A DNA stretch of 64,000 nucleotides from Candidatus Omnitrophota bacterium (GTDB taxonomy: Bacteria; Omnitrophota; Gorgyraeia; Zapsychrales; Fredricksoniimonadaceae), in contig JADFZK010000007.1 of assembly GCA_015232565.1 (NCBI GenBank), positions 664-64,663 of the forward strand. The letters run 5' to 3'. The position numbers were made by a program, and so were the translations under genes. Below, one piece after another: positions 8,744 to 18,752 of this stretch. How positions within the stretch are numbered: the stretch's first letter is position 1; every line of letters starts with the position of its first letter. The notes below the pieces were generated by a model, which saw nothing but the letters and a program-made list of their open reading frames with translations, was not told the origin of the DNA and ran no database searches.

Positions 8744-11700
8744 TTACGGCTTTTGCGCAGACCGGGCGGTCTCCAAGGTCCGGGTAGCAGGCGTTGAGTT
8801 GGTCGGTGCAGGTGCCGTAACTTCCGGCACCGTGGCGGGCCGATTTGACTTCGGCGCCGTTTTGGGTGCGGGAACCGTACTTGCTGGCGCTGCCGGACTG
8901 GCAGTATTGGCCGATGCGCCAGTAACTGGCGTTGGCCTGGCTACTGGCGTGCTCTTCCGCACCGTCTCCAAAGTTATCGTGTCCTCATACACCGGTGAAA
9001 TGTTCCCGGCGGCATCCTTAAACCGGGCATACACAATTTTGACGCCATCGCCCTCCGGTAAAGTCCACTGTTTAAATATTGAGAAGTCTTCCCAAGACGC
9101 TGTAAACGCCCTTTCATTTGAAAATTGCATTTGCGCGCCCAAACCCATTCCACTACCCATGTCGGAAGCCTGGGGATTTAACGCCACATAACGACTGACG
9201 GTCAGGGATGCGCCATTATTGATCATGACACTTCCGTCAGGTGGCACATTGTCAAAAACGATCGAACAAGTAACCGGCCAGGACCATTTGCCATCCGCCC
9301 GCATAAAACGCGCCGCCACGGTCTTAAGCCCGTTGTCGCCCAGCGTCCAGATCTTGCTGTTTTTATAGGGCTCAGACGGCGACCAAACCGTGCCGTCGGC
9401 CGACAATTGCATTTGAGTTATAGCCTGGGAACTCGCCGCCGCCAGCGTCAGGACGACTTGAGGGCTTTTAGTATACTGCGCTCCGTTTTCCACACTGATC
9501 GAGCCGATAACCGGATCCGTATCGGACAGGTAGATCTCCCCGACCGGACTGGCACTCAGACCATCGCCGGAATCTTCCCAGACCACCAGGCTTCCGGAGA
9601 TCGTCGGATTGATCTGGTTGCCAGGAAGCTGAACTATCGCCGACTCCTTATCTTTGAGCAGATCGGAAATATAAATATCCCAGTCGCCATTACGCTTGTC
9701 CTGCCAAACAACAGCAGTCCCGCTCAGAGCCACATTCTGCATACTCATGACCTTATTTGCCGCCGTGGTCAACGTTTTGGTCTTTCCGGCAGACGCCTTA
9801 CCTTTCCAGTAAAGATGGGTAGAATACCCTTTCGACCACACATAATTGCCGCCGTCAACAGCAATTGTATCAACGGCATTCAGCCCCCCCGCCAGACTGA
9901 GCGCCGGGCCAACCGCTCCATTTACACCAACACTAATACCATAAGCCTGCAAAACCCAATCACCGCCGGTAGGCGGAGCCACCCAGGCAATATCCTCACC
10001 CGAGATATCCAGACTGACCATCCCTGTGGGGTATGTTTTTTGCTCGCCATTAACCTGGCCCAGGTCATTCCAATACATTTCACCCTTATCCAGATCGGCA
10101 TACACCGCCCGGTTACCATCAATACGCGGCCGGCCGTAATTCATATTAGATTGGGAGAGTTTGCGCATATCCCGGGTAATAATATCGTAAACTAACACAC
10201 TGCCGATATTCTCGTTAACTTCTGTCCATACGATCCTGTCTCCAGAGATATCCGGCGCTCCCTGCCATTGCGGCCCGGCGGTAACCTGACGCTCTTCGCC
10301 GGTATTAAGGTCCAGCATATACACATCAGCGTTGTTATTACGATTATCCTCCCACACAATACGCCTCCCGGAAACCCGGGGACTATGTTTCACCGACCTG
10401 ACCGTTGAAACTCGATTGAACAACCGGGAAGGCGTAACACTCAAAGGCTTGGACTTAACCAAAGAACCCACCGTCATAGTTAATGTTAACTGGATCTTGC
10501 GGTCAACCGGACAGTTTGGCGCAATAGTAAATGTTAACAAGGCATTGGCATTATCAACCAGTTGACCAGCCGGAACATAAGGCAACTCGGCACGCGCCGC
10601 ACCCAAGGTGACATACGGATCCGCAGAGCTCAGCCCCAGGACGACATTGCGCACCTCACCGGCCGGCGCCTGGAGTTTAAGCTTAACGCTCACCAGCTCA
10701 CCAGGCTGAACACGTCCGTCCATATTACCCGCCAGTTCCGGCATTTCATAGCTCGCCACATAGACCGGTGCAATTTTCGCCGGATCCACAGCTTGCGCGG
10801 CATTTAAGCGGCCTTTACCAGGCACACTTGCCGGAACAGCGGTATCTTCAATTATGGCCTTAACCACTTCCGGGCATAGTCCCGGATACTGTGCCAGGAT
10901 CAAGGCGGCCACCCCGCTCACATGCGGCGCGGCCATCGATGTCCCCTGATATGAAACATACCTCATTGTGCCCGCCTGCAAAGACAAAATCCCGGTCCCC
11001 GGTGCCGAAACAGACACCAGATCGCCGATGTTCGAAAATGAGGCCGTCTTGTCCACGCCATCGCTGGCGGCAACGGTAATAACTTCCGGCATATTTTGCG
11101 GGCTATACTCGGTCACATTCATTCCGCTATCATTACCAGCGGCAAAAACCACCACGGAACCCAAACCCACCGCTGTGCGGACCGCCGCTTCCACCACCGG
11201 GTCGGAAGGGCACGCCCCTACACATCCCCAGCTATTATTGATCACATCCGCCCCTTGTTCCGCGGCATACACAATTCCCGCCGCCAAGTCGGAAACATTA
11301 CCAGTGCCATCATCCGCCAACCCTTTTACCGGCATGATCTTCGCCAAAGGGGCCACTCCAATAACGCCAGTAGCATTATTACCAACGGCCGCGATCGTAC
11401 CAGCCACGTGAGTGCCGTGCCCGTAAACATCCATCGTATTATTGTTCCCGCTCTGATAATTCCACCCAAAAACGTCATCTACCAACCCGTTACCGTCGTC
11501 ATCTAATTTATTTCCGGGGATCTCATTGGGATTGCTCCAGATATTAGCCGTAATATCCGGATGGTTAATGTCCACACCCGTGTCCACTACGGCTATTACA
11601 ACACCCTCACCTTTAGTTATATCCCAAGCCAGGGGAGCCGAGATCTTCTCCATTCCCCATAACGAATGATCCTTGAATAAAGGATCATCCGGCAACCAGT

Positions 11701-12193
11701 TGGCCTTAACCCGATAATCCGGCTGAACATATTCCACACTCGGATCACGGCGATATTCTTGCACCGCCGCATCAATATCAGCCTTTGGATCAAGATCCAG
11801 AAGATAAACATTTTTCATGGGCTCAAAGCCCGCAGGGAGATTTCGGGCCCGCTGTTTGGGCAAATTGCGGTATTTAAATTTTGCCGAATCCAGCTTGGCG
11901 GTTACCCGACGCATCCCCTTAAAGTTAAATTTTTTATGGGCCGGATCAAGAGATGCCGGCATCTTGAAATTGGACCGCTTGAAAAATGCCCCGGGTACGC
12001 CTTTCCGGGCCGCTGGCACCACTTCCTGCACCCGCCCTTCTTTAAACTTAACAATTAACCGCCCGGGAGCATACGGGGACATAAGCGCCATTCTCTTGAC
12101 CGGCTGAACGCTGGCCTTGGGTACCGGCATTGCCCCAATACTGCCAACCGCAATTGCCAGAACACCCAGGATGATCACCATCTTCTCGCGCAT
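8744..12193 (-). CDS. Secreted S8 subtilisin-like serine peptidase with beta-propeller repeats (paralogue 2)
   Basis: Start MREKMVIILG at ATG 12193 after GGGAG. Intact DTG, HGTHVAG, AAGN and GTSMAAP. Long near-identical DNA stretches shared with paralogue 1. Confidence 0.92.
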   Translation of the reverse strand: MREKMVIILGVLAIAVGSIGAMPVPKASVQPVKRMALMSPYAPGRLIVKFKEGRVQEVVPAARKGVPGAFFKRSNFKMPASLDPAHKKFNFKGMRRVTAKLDSAKFKYRNLPKQRARNLPAGFEPMKNVYLLDLDPKADIDAAVQEYRRDPSVEYVQPDYRVKANWLPDDPLFKDHSLWGMEKISAPLAWDITKGEGVVIAVVDTGVDINHPDITANIWSNPNEIPGNKLDDDGNGLVDDVFGWNYQSGNNNTMDVYGHGTHVAGTIAAVGNNATGVIGVAPLAKIMPVKGLADDGTGNVSDLAAGIVYAAEQGADVINNSWGCVGACPSDPVVEAAVRTAVGLGSVVVFAAGNDSGMNVTEYSPQNMPEVITVAASDGVDKTASFSNIGDLVSVSAPGTGILSLQAGTMRYVSYQGTSMAAPHVSGVAALILAQYPGLCPEVVKAIIEDTAVPASVPGKGRLNAAQAVDPAKIAPVYVASYEMPELAGNMDGRVQPGELVSVKLKLQAPAGEVRNVVLGLSSADPYVTLGAARAELPYVPAGQLVDNANALLTFTIAPNCPVDRKIQLTLTMTVGSLVKSKPLSVTPSRLFNRVSTVRSVKHSPRVSGRRIVWEDNRNNNADVYMLDLNTGEERQVTAGPQWQGAPDISGDRIVWTEVNENIGSVLVYDIITRDMRKLSQSNMNYGRPRIDGNRAVYADLDKGEMYWNDLGQVNGEQKTYPTGMVSLDISGEDIAWVAPPTGGDWVLQAYGISVGVNGAVGPALSLAGGLNAVDTIAVDGGNYVWSKGYSTHLYWKGKASAGKTKTLTTAANKVMSMQNVALSGTAVVWQDKRNGDWDIYISDLLKDKESAIVQLPGNQINPTISGSLVVWEDSGDGLSASPVGEIYLSDTDPVIGSISVENGAQYTKSPQVVLTLAAASSQAITQMQLSADGTVWSPSEPYKNSKIWTLGDNGLKTVAARFMRADGKWSWPVTCSIVFDNVPPDGSVMINNGASLTVSRYVALNPQASDMGSGMGLGAQMQFSNERAFTASWEDFSIFKQWTLPEGDGVKIVYARFKDAAGNISPVYEDTITLETVRKSTPVARPTPVTGASANTASPAAPASTVPAPKTAPKSNRPATVPEVTAPAPTNSTPATRTLETARSAQKP

Positions 12194-12299
12194 AAACACT
12201 CCCGTAAGATTAAAACGCAGGACGGGAGGAGATAAGCTCCTCACCTGCGCTTAACGAATATTCCGATCCGCCAAACGATTAAAAACTAATTAAAATAAC

Positions 12300-12351
12300 T
12301 GGCTCATGGCAGAGGCGCCGCACTTGCGGTCCTCTGCCATGAGCCAAAAAC
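12300..12351. terminator. Intrinsic terminator-like hairpin between S8 paralogues 3 and 2
   Basis: TGGCTCATGGCAGAGG ... CCTCTGCCATGAGCCA forms a perfect 16-bp inverted repeat with A/T-rich flanks. Confidence 0.7.
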
Positions 12352-12370
12352 TTACTTTTAAACCAATTCC

Positions 12371-15300
12371 CTATTGTTTGGCGGGTACAGTGATCTCACC
12401 CGAAACGCCATTAAGATAATTGGGGCGGGCGGCAGTAAAATAGTAAAAACTGGGCACCGCCTTTACTTCGGTTTTAACCCGGCTGGTCACCCGGAATTGC
12501 ATAGCAACATCGGTGTTCGCCGGTAACATTAACGTTTGCCACCTGTTGCAAATATTGGCAATTGAGCCCAGACTGACGGTCATTCCAGGAGAACAGGAAA
12601 CAATAAGCTTTGTACCAACAGCTTCTGGCGGAACACCGAACGTCATATACGCGGTTTCACCGGAATTCAAGGTTACCCGCTGAGGGCTGATCCGATGCTT
12701 GACTGCAATAAGTTCAATATCGCCTGAATAAACCGTCGAACAATTTCCCAGCGCGTCTTTGAAACGTATATAAACAGTCTTCAAACCGCCGCCCGCCGAC
12801 AAGATCCACGGCTTTTCCGTTGCGTAAGGCTCCCAGGATGCGCCCGGGAACGTGTCGTCCTCGGATATCTGCATTTGCGCACCCGCACCCATGCCGCTGC
12901 CGGAATCGGAAGCGTAAGGATTAAGAACAACCGCACGGTTTTCAGTGCTATAAGCCCCGCTATTGATAGCAACACCACCCACGGGCGCGGTCGCATCGAG
13001 AATTATCGACTTGGTAGAAATGCTCGACCACTTGCCATCCTGCTGCATATACTGTACTGCCACCAGCTTTACCCCGTCACCAGCTGAGAGCGACCATAGC
13101 TTAGCGGCCTTATAAGCCTCTGAAGTAAACCAATTACGGCCGTCATTAGACAATCTCATGTGAGTTATCGGCAAAGTCCCGGTAGCCGTCAAGTCTAAAG
13201 AAACCGACGGCGAGTTGGTATACAAAGCCCCGGAATTAATGTTGATATTGCCCACAACCGTATTAAGGTCATACACGTACAGGTCATACAGAAGGAACCC
13301 CGATGGAGTAAACCGCATTGAAAGCCAGGAAACCTTTTTCCCCGAGATATCCGGTATTATCTGATGGCCCGGATTAAAGCTTAACCGCTTCTTGGTTCCG
13401 GCATCTATGTCGTACACATAAACATCATCATCCACATCGCTCTGATCCTGCCAGACTACCAGATTACCGCTCACCGAAGGATTAACCTGCGCGAACACAC
13501 CACTCACGTTCGCCGGGATCTTCGTTATACTGCGTGTTTGCAAATCATATATTATAACCTCGGATCCATTGGCCTTGTCCATCCAGACCACCTTGTTTCC
13601 GTCTATTGCGAGCGAATTCAACGCACCGGTGCTGGTATAGAGCGTCGAGAAATCTGCATATCTCAGGTCGACTCTATAAACACTGTAGCCAACACCACTA
13701 TCCGCTGTCGCTACCCAAACCACATTATTACCCGACACATCCCAGTCCACCGCGCCTCTATCAGTGATCTGCATCTCCTCGTTACTACTAAGGCTGTACC
13801 AGTATAACTGGGCATCCTCATTAGTACCTTCGTATATGATATTGTTACCGGAAATACGCGGGATCCGATTGTAAGAATTATCGGTAGGCAAAAACCTGGA
13901 AAAACCCCGGCTTATGTCGTACAAAGCTATAAGCGGAGCGCCGTACGTATAATCGTCCCAAACAATATAGTTACCGGAGATATCCGGATTCATCTGATAG
14001 TCCATACTATCTGTAACCTGCAACCGCGTATTATTTGCCAGGTCATACATGTAAATCTCATCATTATTGTCCGGATTATTCATCCAAGCGATGCGCTCGC
14101 CAGAGATCTTCGGCCAATACCCTTCCGATAAAGACTTCTCCACAACACGCAAGCGGGGATCCGCAACTGGCGCGACCTCCAGCGAAATCAGCTTGGCGCG
14201 GGTATACGTGCCAGCGGTGAGCGTTAAGGTGAACTGGATCAAACTACCAGGAGTGCAATCCGGTGAAACAGAGAACGTTAATGGCGCGGTGTCATTACTA
14301 ACCCCCTGGCCAGCACGCACCAGATCGAATCGCGTACTCCTGACCCCAAAAGTCACCCGGGGATCATTCGAACTTAAGGCCACTGTTACGTTACTCACAT
14401 CAACATTGGCCGCCTGCACCTTTACCTGTACACCGCCAGTTTCGCCAGACTGGATCAAACTGTCATTATTACCTCTCACTTCAATAAAATCAGACTGCGT
14501 TAAATACACCGGAGCCGGCGACACACTAAGAGCTCTCTGCGCGTTAAGCCGCCCTTTCCCGCCCAAACCCGGAATAAGGTCGGCGGAATCTTCAATAATG
14601 GACTTTATGATACCACCCGGCATTCCCGGATATTTCGACCGTAACAAAGCGGCCACAGCGCTCACATGCGCGGCAGACTGGGACGTTCCATTACAAGCCA
14701 TATAAGAGTACCCGTTCCATGTAGAAAAAATCCCTATGCCAGGCGCGAAAACAGAGTTCTTATCACCAACATTGGTAAAATAAGCCGCTTGATCAGCGCT
14801 GTCACTGGCCGGAACCGAAATAACTTCGGGCATATTCTGCGGGCTGTAATCCACCACATCCCGGCTATCGTGACCCGCGGCAAACACCACTACCTTCCCT
14901 TTATAAGCAGCATATCTGACGGCTTCCTCAACCACCGGATTCAAAGGACAACCATAAGTACAATACCAGCCGTTATAAATAACATCGGCACCCTGATCCG
15001 CTGCATAAACAATGGCCTGTGCCAAAGCGGACATCGGCCCGAAAGTGTTATCTCCCAAAGCCTTTATGGGCATAACCTTGGCTAGCGGCGCCACCCCGAT
15101 AACGCCATAAGTGTTATTACCAACAGCCGCCACTATGCCAGCCGCATTTGTACCATAACCCGTTAAACCGGTAACATCACCGTTATTATTGATAAAGTTC
15201 CACCCATGCACGTCATCCACATAACCGTTACCATCATCGTCTATACCGTTGATCGTCTCATTGGGATTCCGCCAAAGGTTAGGCAGTAAATCCGGATGAT

Positions 15301-15919
15301 TGATATCTACACCCGTTTCGATAATTGCCACTATAGTGCCCGCACCTTTGGACACTTCCCAGGCCGCCGGGGCCCCGATCAAGGTCAAAGGCCACTGTAA
15401 ATTCTCGATAGTCGTGGCCGAAGTAGTCAAGCTCGACTTGGCCATGTAGTCCGGTTGGGCAAATTCCACATTCGGATTGTCCTGATAATCCCGGACAGCC
15501 CGTCGAACATCAGCCTGGGCGTTAATATCGATGACATAAACATTCTTAAAAGGATCAACTACGGTGGGAGTATTGCTGGTTAACGAACGTTGAATACCAA
15601 CGGTAAGTCCTTCCACTGGAAAAAGCCGGTGCATATCTTGAAAACCATACTTCTTTTGCACGCCAGCAAAAGCCGCCGGTTTTACAAAAGACACCGCTTG
15701 TGCGGCCGAAGTGGAAGCTCCCTGCCCGGACACTAAACTGGCCGCAACCGAAGAAGACTGCACTGTGCCTTCCTTAAATTTAACGATCAAACGACCGGGA
15801 GAATACTCCGGGACTGTTACCTCTTGCGGGGAATTTTGCACTGGCGTAATTGGAACCGCGCCAATACTACCCACGAAAATCACCAAAAAACTTAAAGCAG
15901 TAAGAAGTTTAACTTGCAT
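12371..15919 (-). CDS. Secreted S8-family beta-propeller protein with degenerate catalytic site (paralogue 3, probable pseudo-peptidase)
   Basis: Same architecture as paralogues 1 and 2, but the catalytic positions read IIETG, GYGTNAAG, AAGH and GTSQSAA. The C-terminal domain is different. Confidence 0.85.
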   Translation of the reverse strand: MQVKLLTALSFLVIFVGSIGAVPITPVQNSPQEVTVPEYSPGRLIVKFKEGTVQSSSVAASLVSGQGASTSAAQAVSFVKPAAFAGVQKKYGFQDMHRLFPVEGLTVGIQRSLTSNTPTVVDPFKNVYVIDINAQADVRRAVRDYQDNPNVEFAQPDYMAKSSLTTSATTIENLQWPLTLIGAPAAWEVSKGAGTIVAIIETGVDINHPDLLPNLWRNPNETINGIDDDGNGYVDDVHGWNFINNNGDVTGLTGYGTNAAGIVAAVGNNTYGVIGVAPLAKVMPIKALGDNTFGPMSALAQAIVYAADQGADVIYNGWYCTYGCPLNPVVEEAVRYAAYKGKVVVFAAGHDSRDVVDYSPQNMPEVISVPASDSADQAAYFTNVGDKNSVFAPGIGIFSTWNGYSYMACNGTSQSAAHVSAVAALLRSKYPGMPGGIIKSIIEDSADLIPGLGGKGRLNAQRALSVSPAPVYLTQSDFIEVRGNNDSLIQSGETGGVQVKVQAANVDVSNVTVALSSNDPRVTFGVRSTRFDLVRAGQGVSNDTAPLTFSVSPDCTPGSLIQFTLTLTAGTYTRAKLISLEVAPVADPRLRVVEKSLSEGYWPKISGERIAWMNNPDNNDEIYMYDLANNTRLQVTDSMDYQMNPDISGNYIVWDDYTYGAPLIALYDISRGFSRFLPTDNSYNRIPRISGNNIIYEGTNEDAQLYWYSLSSNEEMQITDRGAVDWDVSGNNVVWVATADSGVGYSVYRVDLRYADFSTLYTSTGALNSLAIDGNKVVWMDKANGSEVIIYDLQTRSITKIPANVSGVFAQVNPSVSGNLVVWQDQSDVDDDVYVYDIDAGTKKRLSFNPGHQIIPDISGKKVSWLSMRFTPSGFLLYDLYVYDLNTVVGNININSGALYTNSPSVSLDLTATGTLPITHMRLSNDGRNWFTSEAYKAAKLWSLSAGDGVKLVAVQYMQQDGKWSSISTKSIILDATAPVGGVAINSGAYSTENRAVVLNPYASDSGSGMGAGAQMQISEDDTFPGASWEPYATEKPWILSAGGGLKTVYIRFKDALGNCSTVYSGDIELIAVKHRISPQRVTLNSGETAYMTFGVPPEAVGTKLIVSCSPGMTVSLGSIANICNRWQTLMLPANTDVAMQFRVTSRVKTEVKAVPSFYYFTAARPNYLNGVSGEITVPAKQ

Positions 15920-15962
15920 ATAATTCCCTCCGCATGTTTTGGTATACGATTAACAGTAATAG

Positions 15963-15975
15963 AGTATAACACATG
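15963..15975 (-). promoter_or_regulatory. Putative extended -10 element (TG-T-TATACT)
   Basis: CATGTGTTATACT lies 44 bp upstream of ATG 15919. Homologous motif at 8505-8517. Confidence 0.45.
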
Positions 15976-16158
15976 GATAGCAACAAGGAAAGCAAAAAAC
16001 AGGAAAGTCTGGAAAAAAGAAGGCTCAGGGTAAAACCCGCGCTTTTATTGCTAGAATCAATACTTGCACAGGCAAGTGCTCTGCGCTTTACTAATAAGAT
16101 TTTAAAGTTGCGAGGATTGCTGGTTTCTGGAAAATCTGGCGATTAACAGAATTTCACG

Positions 16159-17169
16159 TTAATCCGGCGAGTCTGTTTTTGCTTTAAGTTTAAAACTATG
16201 GCCGGGGTCGGTGGCTATGGTGCGGCCTAAGGAGGTCAGCATACCGGAGATGCACAAAAAACAATCGCCCGGTTTATCTTCCAGGCAGATCTTGCCGGGA
16301 TAAAGCTGATACTGCGCCCGGTATCGGGTGGGCGTTACATTGGGCATCAAAACATTGGCGCCGCATTTAAGGGCTTTCTGCCGGCCGGCGGGGTCGATAG
16401 AACCCATGGCAGTCGTAGCGGGAATGTGGGTATTCTTAGTAACAATACGGATCACAGCCAACGCTCTTAAAGTCAAGTCCAGGGTTCCCCCCTGGGCCGT
16501 GGCCAGCGGGGTCAAAGGATTGGGAATAAATGGCCCGATGCCGATCATGTCGAGCTCGAGTTTCTGCATTAAAAGAATATCATCCGCGATCATGGCCAGG
16601 CTTTGGCCCGGCAGTCCCACCATAATGCCCGAGCCCACCTGAAACCCCAGCTCCCGCAACCAGCCCAGACAGCGCAAGCGGTCTTCATATGAAGAATCGG
16701 GTTTCAGGGCCCCGAAAAGCTTCGGCGAGGAGGTTTCAAAGCGCAAAAGAAAACGGTCGGCACCGGCCGCTTTTAGCGCGGCATATTCTTCCCGGGACTT
16801 CTCCCCGATTGAGAGGGTCACGGCCAGATCCAGGTCTTTTTTTATTCGCGACACCAGGCGGCACATATCCGCAACGGAATACTGGCAACTCTCTCCCGAT
16901 TGCATGACCACGCTCTTGTACCCCAGCTCCGCGGCCTGGCGGGCGGAAGACAGGATCTCCTCCACCCCCATCCGGTAACGTTCCACCGCCTTATTGCTCC
17001 GCCGCAAGCCGCAATACAAACAATCACGGCCGCAAACATTTGAGAACTCTATAAGGCCGCGCAAATGCACCGCATCGCCCACGTTCTCCCGGCGCACCTG
17101 ATCGGCCCGGGCAAAAAGCGCCGCCGGATCAGTGACCGCCAATTGTGCAATTATCTCATCGCGGGTCAT
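16159..17169 (-). CDS. hydE: [FeFe]-hydrogenase H-cluster radical SAM maturase HydE
   Basis: Motifs LRGLIEFSNVCGRDCLYCG, LRFET, GIGPFIP, PATTA, GANVLMPN and YQLYPGKIC. In the hyd operon. Confidence 0.95.
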   Translation of the reverse strand: MTRDEIIAQLAVTDPAALFARADQVRRENVGDAVHLRGLIEFSNVCGRDCLYCGLRRSNKAVERYRMGVEEILSSARQAAELGYKSVVMQSGESCQYSVADMCRLVSRIKKDLDLAVTLSIGEKSREEYAALKAAGADRFLLRFETSSPKLFGALKPDSSYEDRLRCLGWLRELGFQVGSGIMVGLPGQSLAMIADDILLMQKLELDMIGIGPFIPNPLTPLATAQGGTLDLTLRALAVIRIVTKNTHIPATTAMGSIDPAGRQKALKCGANVLMPNVTPTRYRAQYQLYPGKICLEDKPGDCFLCISGMLTSLGRTIATDPGHSFKLKAKTDSPD

Positions 17170-17228
17170 AACGGCTCATTCATCCTTCACGGTCAACACG
17201 CCTATGGAAACACCCTCAGCCCGAGCCC

Positions 17229-18728
17229 TTACAAAAACAAGTCCCTCTCGCCGTTTTTTATGCGCGAGTGATACTCCATGAACAATTCCAGCACCTTGGG
17301 ATTGCGGGCCTTTACCTGCTCGATCTCGCGCTCGATCAAAGGCAAGCCTATGCTCCGGGTCTCGGCACTGCCAAAATCATCCAGCCATTCCTGAAAGGTC
17401 AAAATTGCGTTCAATTTACAGAACTTCCCTTCCGCCCCGCTCCGCAAAAGGTCCATTATGCACTTGCCCGTCCGGCCGCAACGGTAACCAGCCGTACAGA
17501 ATGAAGTTATAAAACCTCTGTGCGCAAAATCACGAATAAGTTCATCCAGCGAACGGGTATCACCCAGAATGAACTGCTGTTTATCCTGGGCCTGCGCGGT
17601 TACGACATCGGAATACCCGCCGATAGCTATACGGGAAGACGCATCCATCTGCGTTACTCCCATCAATAAGGCTTCATTGCGTATCTCCGACTTTTCCCGC
17701 GCGGTAATGATCATGCCCGTGTAGGGCGCCGCCAGGCGGATTATCAACATGATCTTCCGAAAATCAGCATCGTTAACCAGATATTTCCAGTCCGGACCGA
17801 TCATGGAATTAAGGGCCGGCACCAGCCGCGGGAACGAAATAGTATGCGCGCCCACCCCCATACGTTTCTCCAGTTCCTGGGTGTGATAGATCAAAGACAT
17901 CAACTCAAAGCGCCAGTCGTAAAGCCCGAACAAAACACCTATGCCCACATCATCAATGCCAGCCTCCATCGCGCGGTGCATGCAATACAACCGCCACTGA
18001 TAATCACTTTTTATCGTACCCTGCGGGTGCATCCGGGCATAAGTTTCTTTATGATAGGTTTCCTGAAAAACCTGATAGGTCCCGATACCGGCGTCATTGA
18101 TCTTTTTCAGATCCTCGATCGAGAACGGCGGGGCATTCACATTCACCCGGCGGATCGACCCCTGCCCATGCCGGGTTGGTATACGCACCGAATAGATTGT
18201 CTGCATGCTTTCAACAATATAATCCACGTCATTCCTGGGGTGTTCCCCGTAGACCACTATAAGCCGTTTATGGCCAATATCGCCGGCCAGCACCGCCACC
18301 TCACGTTTGATCTCCTCCTGGCTTAAAACCTTCCGCTGAGCCGTGCAATTGTCGTTATTAAATCCACAGTACGCACAGCGGTTCACACAATAATTACCTA
18401 AATAAAAAGGCGCAAAAGTCACGATCCGGTTATCGTAAACTTTCAGTTTGATCGCCAGCGCGGCGGCGCGCATTTCTTCCAACAGCCCTGGATCGTTCAC
18501 ATTTATCAGAACCGCCACCTCGTCGGGAGTAAGATCCTGGATCGCCAGCGACTTGGCCAGGATATCACGCACTTGCTGTGGCGAAGGCACCCCGGGCGCG
18601 GCCGCCAACTGGGAATGGATCAACTCTTCATTAATAAAATCCCGGCCATTAGCTAAATATTTATCGATCTGATCACGCTTGATCCGCTGACGGCCCCACG
18701 CAGTTGAAACCTGTTGTTCTGCATTCAT
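17229..18728 (-). CDS. hydG: [FeFe]-hydrogenase H-cluster radical SAM maturase HydG
   Basis: Motifs FAPFYLGNYCVNRCAYC, GIGTYQVFQETYH, AMEAGIDDVGIG, HTISFPR and C-terminal SFCTAGYRCGRTG. Confidence 0.95.
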   Translation of the reverse strand: MNAEQQVSTAWGRQRIKRDQIDKYLANGRDFINEELIHSQLAAAPGVPSPQQVRDILAKSLAIQDLTPDEVAVLINVNDPGLLEEMRAAALAIKLKVYDNRIVTFAPFYLGNYCVNRCAYCGFNNDNCTAQRKVLSQEEIKREVAVLAGDIGHKRLIVVYGEHPRNDVDYIVESMQTIYSVRIPTRHGQGSIRRVNVNAPPFSIEDLKKINDAGIGTYQVFQETYHKETYARMHPQGTIKSDYQWRLYCMHRAMEAGIDDVGIGVLFGLYDWRFELMSLIYHTQELEKRMGVGAHTISFPRLVPALNSMIGPDWKYLVNDADFRKIMLIIRLAAPYTGMIITAREKSEIRNEALLMGVTQMDASSRIAIGGYSDVVTAQAQDKQQFILGDTRSLDELIRDFAHRGFITSFCTAGYRCGRTGKCIMDLLRSGAEGKFCKLNAILTFQEWLDDFGSAETRSIGLPLIEREIEQVKARNPKVLELFMEYHSRIKNGERDLFL

Positions 18729-18752
18729 ATGTCCTTTCCGCTAATTCTGCTG

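Noticed and set aside
4996-12193. Near-identical repeats as a possible diversity-generating retroelement
   Set aside because: There is no reverse transcriptase in the window. The repeats are whole-gene duplicates and the differences are not visibly restricted to adenines.
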